A stretch of DNA of 64,000 nt from Ylistrum balloti. Lineage: Eukaryota. The notes under the pieces are model-generated. The model did not search any database. It was not told the DNA's origin and saw only the letters and a program-made list of their open reading frames with translations. Both the position numbers and the translations under genes were made by a program. Below are positions 14,501-20,371 of the stretch, one piece after another; positions within the stretch are counted from its first letter, which is position 1; the number at the start of each line of letters is the position of its first letter. The stretch spans positions 434,001 to 498,000 of the forward strand of contig NW_026782110.1 in the NCBI RefSeq assembly GCF_031769215.1, in the 5' to 3' direction.

Positions 14501-14864
14501 TAAGTAACTGTGATGAGTATTCCCTGCTACTCTGGTTACATGGGTTTCTGGACAGGAAGGACATGAACTCTGTCGAGACCTTTTTAAAATCTGCGAAGGT
14601 GCTGGTGAGGTCATCCTTAATGTTGCTGATGTCGGCCAGTGGGCTGGTGGCTGCGTTAAACAACGCAGATAATACTGATTCTAGATTTTTTCGTTTGTTT
14701 GACATGTTTCTATGGTATTTAAGAACAGCATGCTCAAATTGTTCCATACCTTTGGTGCTTTTTGTCCGGGGACGGGAGCCTGTGACTGATGACGTCATTT
14801 GCATGCCGGTCGTTGATTTCTTACTGTGGTGTCTCAAACTTTTATTTATCTGTTTATCATGCAA
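8556..14864 (-). CDS. BEL/Pao Gag-Pol polyprotein (Gag with zinc knuckles, aspartic protease, RT, RNase H, integrase); 2,102 aa from the ATG inside the LTR R region, alternative start at 14804
   Basis: CPLH..H..NKC, CFRC..KH..KDC, CEIC..RH; protease IIDDQS (12450-12461); RT WYLP..KIRAVFD and FYVDD (11169-11180); RNase H VFCDAS and DSNVVLGYI; integrase H..VHHQG..CVRC, GVDIFGP, SDRGTNF, WERMIG. No stop or frameshift; no env. Confidence 0.96.
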   Translation of the reverse strand: MHDKQINKSLRHHSKKSTTGMQMTSSVTGSRPRTKSTKGMEQFEHAVLKYHRNMSNKRKNLESVLSALFNAATSPLADISNIKDDLTSTFADFKKVSTEFMSFLSRNPCNQSSREYSSQLLILNVLTDKYQRALSMINAGLAESKPTLSAQGSVNAHVPSKHKSMKSTQGSVNTHVSSKHRSRTSASSTRSMVKQQRTDTEIKRERLKLAEEEASIKKQQAVLQAELDVLAVKREVKEAEAKLRTMLEQQSDSDDSSLSYESGERSTRVTRFVEEQNLRLNLSSEPEPVSKFVRGSSVSSHKGSESCIDEASGCYSHIPLTQVRFDCSPTLLQSSQGYLPHFELPTCTSNANTLPGNPEPRTLQPSKQGKQMSSTPGPLPLLDISSVTSTNNISYAITSPTTNALNPDAQEFHPSPTNHHFDMCAEFSKYLLKKDLLLSRLTKFTDCPETYAVWKSSFRGIITELGASATEEMDLLVKWLGADSSRQALNIRSAYPEDPKVGVARIWERLEDRYAGPEMVEACLKARVAAFPNISNKDSSRLFELVDLVSEIAARKADKQYSTLLAYYDSSSGVNPIVAKLPVSIQQRWTTHGIKYKKNHGASYPPFTVFIEFLRDIARARNDPGFKYDQPDASTTMSKPVKTGNRPPKVLVSARKTEVEKPSELALSCPLHKTKHTLNKCRGFRSKPIEERKKFLRENSLCFRCCGPGKHLAKDCDIAIKCEICNSNRHPSALHITTPLSKSSVPDKEQAKTTPTNPVNSTCTQVCKNPLGMSKSCAKTVLVKVYPTGQPDQALRLYAIIDDQSNQTLARTSFFDYFGEEGNHTEYTLSSCSGYISASGRKARGYVVESLDGTTAIDLPDLIECDMIPDARDEIPTPEAAFHHPHLREIADYLPALDPKADIMMLIGRDLPTAHHVEDQKIGPPDGPYGQRLKLGWVIIGEVCLGSVHQTPFVTSNKTYTLRNGRPSLMEPCPNCFEVKADSPEPCFPVYLKGPNDDVPGFSVEDKEFLHIMDSCMKKNSEGNWSAPLPFKPDRPRLPDNRSQALQRAMSLDRSLHRDAVKRAHMTEFMAKILNKGHAEVAPPLKDGEERWYLPLFGIYHPKKPDKIRAVFDSSARCNGISLNSVLMTGPDLVNSLLGVLLRFRTKPVAITGDVEQMFYCFKVDKSHRNFLRFFWHEDNNTSKQLIEYRMTAHVFGNSPSPAVATYGLRQAVEGADADVKEFVHRNFYVDDGLTSTYDADTAVSLMKRTQHTLRTNGNIRLHKVASNRRDVLEAFGPDELAGDIKNLNMSVDSQPVQRSLGLSWNLAGDFFTFNSHLEDKPYTRRGILATINGLYDPLGFAAPVVLKGKLLFRDLISSTLGWDDPLPEDSRRDWELWKRSLKELNYCKVRRSYCEVRLHQGMKQCLHVFCDASKDAIAAVAYFKITEDDGNSHVCFVLGKAKVAPHHGHTIPRLELCSAVLATELGQIIADQLDVNPADIRYHSDSNVVLGYINNRVRRFYTYVANRIDRILNVSKPTQWHHVPTNMNPADIGTRCIDAGQLDQSPWLRGPSLLLDCEILCNQDFPLISPQTDAEVRNVVALKSLTSNSHDSLGSERFQRFSGWTSLTRAIGNLLWFVQRFKTKEGSFDSKEGSAGTGKLSNLERAKRVILRETQKEAFPKEIRNLQNSKPIPKDSHISSLSPYLDEEGILRVGGRLNKSGYNSLEKNPVILPGKHHTAKLIVLHFHAKVHHQGRHFTAGAVRSAGFWITGSKRLISSLIHKCVRCRRLRGKTAVQLMADLPADRLTPSPPFTYVGVDIFGPWYISFRRTRGSHSQQKRWAALFTCLVIRAVHIEVIEDMSSSSFINALRRFYSIRGPVSVFRSDRGTNFVGSTDAVGIQAINVEDMEMSNHLVNIGTVWRFNPPHASHMGGIWERMIGTTRRILDSMLLDVKGKELTHEVLTTLMAEVTAIINSRPIVAVSTDPEDPGVLSPSVLLTQKSPELPTCQLTDVNLKDSYRIQWKQVQNLANNFWDRWKKEYLVGLQVRPKWRQGLPNFQMGDIALMRDDQSPRVEWPLALVQRTFLSDDGKVRKVEVAVCRDGVRTTYIRPITQLVPLISTE
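14816..14824 (-). promoter_or_regulatory. PBS position, non-canonical (GTAAGAAAT); candidate self-priming site
   Basis: Directly abuts the 5' LTR end, lacks the TGG of tRNA-primed PBSs, and is complementary to LTR sequence GTTTCTTAC (14924-14916). Confidence 0.55.
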
Positions 14865-15264
14865 GAGTTGTCTCCGGGGAGGACAGCAGTATCACACACA
14901 GAACCTCCGGAGAGGGTAAGAAACTGAAATTAATAAAATGTTCGACTTATAACAGAAATCTCAATGCATTAGAAGGCTTACCAAGCAAACACGTGTTCCG
15001 GTTTACAAATCACGCTTCGAATAAATCCCAGTTCTAGGTAAGATTATCGACTTTGACACAGTTAATGCACTAAATTACTGTTATGTACATACATCTTACA
15101 TGGTACTTACTCAATGGTTAGCACTATATCTAAATGACACATGAAGATAATTGTGTAAAACAGCTCCTAGCTGTACTGAAAAACACAAGTAAACAAACTG
15201 GAAATCACAACAAGTCCGATAACTCTTGCAGAACTTTAAAGATGCGCGTTCCATAATACAGCAG
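14825..15264 (-). repeat. 5' LTR, missing its outer 26 bp
   Basis: Identical to 7917-8356 except one substitution (G8219 vs T15127); homology stops at 15264, where the 1.8-kb array begins. Confidence 0.93.
14922..14952 (-). promoter_or_regulatory. LTR core promoter: TATAA (14951-14947) and initiator TCAGTT (14927-14922), predicted +1 = A14925
   Basis: TATA start to Inr A spacing of 26 nt; TCAGTT matches the invertebrate TCAKTY initiator consensus. Confidence 0.6.
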
Positions 15265-16396
15265 TATAATTAAAATTTCCATCAATCGGTGCTTGTGATT
15301 AGTAAACTGTAACACAATATATATCGATACAGGTCAGTGTACAACGTCATTGAACACTAATGGTCAACGCAAATGGTCGAACACAATGTTTAACTTGTCT
15401 ATAACAATATATGCGTACATTTTTATTCAAACCACATACACGTTATTCATGTATAGAACTTGATTGAACTGGTTTTGTGAATTTTATATCATACCGGATA
15501 TTCACGTAGTTTCTATATCTCCGGTGTGTATCGAAAACACTTTTATAATTTTTACGAGCTAACGTCGAACTGGTCACGCGACACGGGTCAGAGTACATCG
15601 CTACTGTCGTATTTAAGAGTTGAACGAAAAAACAATTAAAATCAATATAAACATATGCAGTGGGTATAATTAAAGCCCTCATCGAACGGAAGTTGAGTTT
15701 AGTAGATTTTACTGTTGCACCTATTTTTCCATATCGAACTGCCGTTACTGAACACTTAAGAGCCATCAAAATGGCCGAAACACTGCCTTATATGACCTGT
15801 GCGTTGGCATGGAGCTTGACCAGATTAATGAAGTGACCTGTAAACCGGTCGGACGTTTTCATTAAACATATTTAATTAATTACTTGTGATGACGAGAAAT
15901 GTGTTGTTTTTTTAACTGTTTTAATTAGTACGAGGAAAACTTGAACGCCTTTTTGTATACGTGCATGTAAACCATTTAATTGATGTATAGCTTGACCGAA
16001 ATGCACGACTGCATGCTGTTTTAGGGGAAGAAGAGTTTCAAACTTTATATCATACATGGTATACACGTATGTAAATTTAAACGTCGACGTGCAAATTTGA
16101 TTGACAAGCTGATGCATGTGTATCAAAGTAGGGGTGGGGAGTGTATAACGATATACTGAATGTCGAAAAAGGACGACGCACGGGCCAGAGAAATTATCAT
16201 TTCGAGAGGACAATATACGATACGATGGAAAAGAAAAAGAAAGAAAAATGACTTTTGTGTCAGTGCTGGACATCGAATCCGTTTATCTGAAAGCATCGTT
16301 ACATTTACGTAATTCTATATATATCTAAATAAGAACAAAACCCAATTTCTTTGCGTATATTCGAGTGAAATGGACACTTGTTGAGAAGAAGTGGGT

Positions 16397-16412
16397 GGCT
16401 CTGAAAAGAGCC
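16397..16412 (-). terminator. Histone-type 3' stem-loop, copy 1
   Basis: Minus strand ACAAC-GGCTCTTTTCAGAGCC-ACCCA: 6-bp stem, TTTC loop, canonical flanks, 26 nt after the ORF stop. Confidence 0.88.
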
Positions 16413-16438
16413 GTTGTTAGGGTTTAGGACTGTCATCG

Positions 16439-16765
16439 TCACTCTTCATCTTCGTCTTCTGATCCCGAAACAACGTCTACAATTTCGCCATACAGGTCCT
16501 TTCGGAGTGCGGAGATGTCTTCGGCTTTTTGGTGAGCGTAGTCGTAATACATGTTTCGGAGGCCTTCGACAACCGACATTCGAAGTCTGTAACTGTAGCG
16601 AAATGTGCGTAGTCCGTGTCTCTTGGCGCCGAGGTAACGAGACTGCATGTCGTCCAGTTTGTAATTCAGTTGTACGATCTGTTCACAAGCCCTTCGGAAT
16701 CGACGTTCATTGTCGAGCAGGATGAAGCGTTGGTCAAGTGGAGAGTTTCGTGCTATGGCCTTCAT
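16439..16765 (-). CDS. 108-aa uncharacterised helical protein, copy 1
   Basis: MKAIARNSPLDQRF...FRYSYRLRMSVVEGLRNMYYDYA...SGSEDEDEE; intact; histone-type stem-loop 26 nt after the stop. The ORF track starts 3 codons earlier at a TTG. Confidence 0.7.
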   Translation of the reverse strand: MKAIARNSPLDQRFILLDNERRFRRACEQIVQLNYKLDDMQSRYLGAKRHGLRTFRYSYRLRMSVVEGLRNMYYDYAHQKAEDISALRKDLYGEIVDVVSGSEDEDEE

Positions 16766-16779
16766 GCTTTTCAAGAGTA

Positions 16780-16821
16780 TGAATGGTGAATGCAGAATGT
16801 TCGTCGGTCACCTAGATATAG
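16780..16821 (-). promoter_or_regulatory. Putative core promoter of the 108-aa gene (unit 1 shown; present in every unit): CTATATC plus three CATTC motifs
   Basis: CTATATC at 16821-16815; ACATTCT 16800-16794, GCATTCA 16793-16787, CCATTCA 16786-16780 (exact YCATTCR); ATG at 16765. Confidence 0.45.
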
Positions 16822-18199
16822 CCGAGTGTCATCTCTTGAAACGAGAAACTCGTATATACTTTTCTGACGCGTGTCATGTCCTTTTGTATATTGAGCTGAA
16901 GACAGCCCACTGATTCCTTGTATAAACACTTGTTACCGTTACGATCGAACGTCGAACGGGTCACGGACACGGGTCCGTGCACACACCCTGTAATTACGTA
17001 TATATAAGACCAGAACGAAATCAGTTGTAATTAATATAAACACTTACAGAAGGTATAATTAAAATTTCCATCAATCGGTGCTTGTGATTAGTAGAGTTTA
17101 CTGTAACACAATATATATCGATACAGGTCAGTGTACAACGTCATTGAACACTAATGGTCAACGCAAATGGTCGAACACAATGTTTAACTTGTCTATAACA
17201 ATATATGCGTACATTTTTATTCAAACCACATACACGTTATTCATGTATAGAACTTGATTGAACTGGTTTTGTGAATTTTATATCATACCGGATATTCACG
17301 TAGTTTCTATATCTCCGGTGTGTATCGAAAACACTTTTATAATTTTTACGAGCTAACGTCGAACTGGTCACGCGACACGGGTCAGAGTACATCGCTACTG
17401 TCCTTTTACGTGTATTTAAGAGTTGAACGAAAAAACAATTAAAATCAATATAAACATATGCAGTGGGTATAATTAAAGCCCTCATCGAACGGAAGTTGAG
17501 TTTAGTAGATTTTACTGTTGCACCTATTTTTCCATATCGAACTGCCGTTACTGAACACTTAAGAGCCATCAAAATGGCCGAAACACTGCCTTATATGACC
17601 TGTGCGTTGGCATGGAGCTTGACCAGATTAATGAAGTGACCTGTAAACCGGTCGGACGTTTTCATTAAACATATTTAATTAATTACTTGTGATGACGAGA
17701 AATGTGTTGTTTTTTTAACTGTTTTAATTAGTACGAGGAAAACTTGAACGCCTTTTTGTATACGTGCATGTAAACCATTTAATTGATGTATAGCTTGACC
17801 GAAATGCACGACTGCATGCTGTTTTAGGGGAAGAAGAGTTTCAAACTTTATATCATACATGGTATACACGTATGTAAATTTAAACTTGGACGTGCAAATT
17901 TGATTGACAAGCTGATGCATGTGTATCAAAGTAGGGGTGGGGAGTGTATAACGATATACTGAATGTCGAAAAAGGACGACGCACGGGCCAGAGAAATTAT
18001 CATTTCGAGAGGACAATATACGATACGATGGAAAAGAAAAAGAAAGAAAAATGACTTTTGTGTCAGTGCTGGACATCGAATCCGTTTATCTGAAAGCATC
18101 GTTACATTTACGTAATTCTATATATATCTAAATAAGAACAAAACCCAATTTCTTTGCGTATATTCGAGTGAAATGGACACTTGTTGAGAAGAAGTGGGT

Positions 18200-18215
18200 G
18201 GCTCTGAAAAGAGCC
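18200..18215 (-). terminator. Histone-type 3' stem-loop, copy 2
   Basis: Identical to copy 1. Confidence 0.88.
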
Positions 18216-18241
18216 GTTGTTAGGGTTTAGGACTGTCATCG

Positions 18242-18568
18242 TCACTCTTCATCTTCGTCTTCTGATCCCGAAACAACGTCTACAATTTCGCCATACAGGT
18301 CCTTTCGGAGTGCGGAGATGTCTTCGGCTTTTTGGTGAGCGTAGTCGTAATACATGTTTCGGAGGCCTTCGACAACCGACATTCGAAGTCTGTAACTGTA
18401 GCGAAATGTGCGTAGTCCGTGTCTCTTGGCGCCGAGGTAACGAGACTGCATGTCGTCCAGTTTGTAATTCAGTTGTACGATCTGTTCACAAGCCCTTCGG
18501 AATCGACGTTCATTGTCGAGCAGGATGAAGCGTTGGTCAAGTGGAGAGTTTCGTGCTATGGCCTTCAT
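18242..18568 (-). CDS. 108-aa protein, copy 2
   Basis: Protein identical to copy 1. Confidence 0.7.
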   Translation of the reverse strand: MKAIARNSPLDQRFILLDNERRFRRACEQIVQLNYKLDDMQSRYLGAKRHGLRTFRYSYRLRMSVVEGLRNMYYDYAHQKAEDISALRKDLYGEIVDVVSGSEDEDEE

Positions 18569-20002
18569 GCTTTTCAAGAGTATGAATGGTGAATGCAGAA
18601 TGTTCGTCGGTCACCTAGATATAGCCGAGTGTCATCTCTTGAAACGAGAAACTCGTATATACTTTTCTGACGCGTGTCATGTCCTTTTGTATATTGAGCT
18701 GAAGACAGCCCACTGATTCCTTGTATAAACACTTGTTACCGTTACGATCGAACGTCGAACGGGTCACGGACACGGGTCCGTGCACACACCCTGTAATTAC
18801 GTATATATAAGACCAGAACGAAATCAGTTGTAATTAATATAAACACTTACAGAAGGTATAATTAAAATTTCCATCAATCGGTGCTTGTGATTAGTAGAGT
18901 TTACTGTAACACAATATATATCGATACAGGTCAGTGTACAACGTCATTGAACACTAATGGTCAACGCAAATGGTCGAACACAATGTTTAACTTGTCTATA
19001 ACAATATATGCGTACATTTTTATTCAAACCACATACACGTTATTCATGTATAGAACTTGATTGAACTGGTTTTGTGAATTTTATATCATACCGGATATTC
19101 ACGTAGTTTCTATATCTCCGGTGTGTATCGAAAACACTTTTATAATTTTTACGAGCTAACGTCGAACTGGTCACGCGACACGGGTCAGAGTACATCGCTA
19201 CTGTCCTTTTACGTGTATTTAAGAGTTGAACGAAAAAACAATTAAAATCAATATAAACATATGCAGTGGGTATAATTAAAGCCCTCATCGAACGGAAGTT
19301 GAGTTTAGTAGATTTTACTGTTGCACCTATTTTTCCATATCGAACTGCCGTTACTGAACACTTAAGAGCCATCAAAATGGCCGAAACACTGCCTTATATG
19401 ACCTGTGCGTTGGCATGGAGCTTGACCAGATTAATGAAGTGACCTGTAAACCGGTCGGACGTTTTCATTAAACATATTTAATTAATTACTTGTGATGACG
19501 AGAAATGTGTTGTTTTTTTAACTGTTTTAATTAGTACGAGGAAAACTTGAACGCCTTTTTGTATACGTGCATGTAAACCATTTAATTGATGTATAGCTTG
19601 ACCGAAATGCACGACTGCATGCTGTTTTAGGGGAAGAAGAGTTTCAAACTTTATATCATACATGGTATACACGTATGTAAATTTAAACGTCGACGTGCAA
19701 ATTTGATTGACAAGCTGATGCATGTGTATCAAAGTAGGGGTGGGGAGTGTATAACGATATACTGAATGTCGAAAAAGGACGACGCACGGGCCAGAGAAAT
19801 TATCATTTCGAGAGGACAATATACGATACGATGGAAAAGAAAAAGAAAGAAAAATGACTTTTGTGTCAGTGCTGGACATCGAATCCGTTTATCTGAAAGC
19901 ATCGTTACATTTACGTAATTCTATATATATCTAAATAAGAACAAAACCCAATTTCTTTGCGTATATTCGAGTGAAATGGACACTTGTTGAGAAGAAGTGG
20001 GT

Positions 20003-20018
20003 GGCTCTGAAAAGAGCC
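20003..20018 (-). terminator. Histone-type 3' stem-loop, copy 3
   Basis: Identical to copy 1. Confidence 0.88.
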
Positions 20019-20044
20019 GTTGTTAGGGTTTAGGACTGTCATCG

Positions 20045-20371
20045 TCACTCTTCATCTTCGTCTTCTGATCCCGAAACAACGTCTACAATTTCGCCATACA
20101 GGTCCTTTCGGAGTGCGGAGATGTCTTCGGCTTTTTGGTGAGCGTAGTCGTAATACATGTTTCGGAGGCCTTCGACAACCGACATTCGAAGTCTGTAACT
20201 GTAGCGAAATGTGCGTAGTCCGTGTCTCTTGGCGCCGAGGTAACGAGACTGCATGTCGTCCAGTTTGTAATTCAGTTGTACGATCTGTTCACAAGCCCTT
20301 CGGAATCGACGTTCATTGTCGAGCAGGATGAAGCGTTGGTCAAGTGGAGAGTTTCGTGCTATGGCCTTCAT
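20045..20371 (-). CDS. 108-aa protein, copy 3
   Basis: Protein identical to copy 1. Confidence 0.7.
   Translation of the reverse strand: MKAIARNSPLDQRFILLDNERRFRRACEQIVQLNYKLDDMQSRYLGAKRHGLRTFRYSYRLRMSVVEGLRNMYYDYAHQKAEDISALRKDLYGEIVDVVSGSEDEDEE

Larger units (their letters stand above)
7917..15264 (-). mobile_element. BEL/Pao (Belpaoviridae) LTR retrotransposon, near-complete and very recent; outer end of 5' LTR truncated
   Basis: Two direct repeats offset by 6,908 bp flank a single gag-PR-RT-RH-IN ORF; PPT abuts the 3' LTR; BEL-type triple Cys/His Gag knuckles and domain order. Confidence 0.96.

Noticed and set aside
8591-15037. Short ORFs overlapping the BEL ORF, including the 205-aa and 259-aa plus-strand ORFs
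   Set aside because: Antisense or alternative-frame shadows of gag-pol; no independent motifs.
16417-16428. TTAGGGTTTAGG telomere-like motif
   Set aside because: Under two repeats; it is the complement of the C/A-rich linker before the stem-loop.
16414-16913. Plus-strand 103-122-aa and 67-aa ORFs repeated in each unit
   Set aside because: Antisense shadows of the 108-aa gene with variable ends and non-ATG starts; the stem-loop and promoter orientation favour the minus strand.
16988-17049. 62-bp segment bounded by CTGTAA...TTACAG that looks like an intron on either strand
   Set aside because: Short AT-rich signals; splicing does not give a consistent frame across type A and B units; no transcript evidence.
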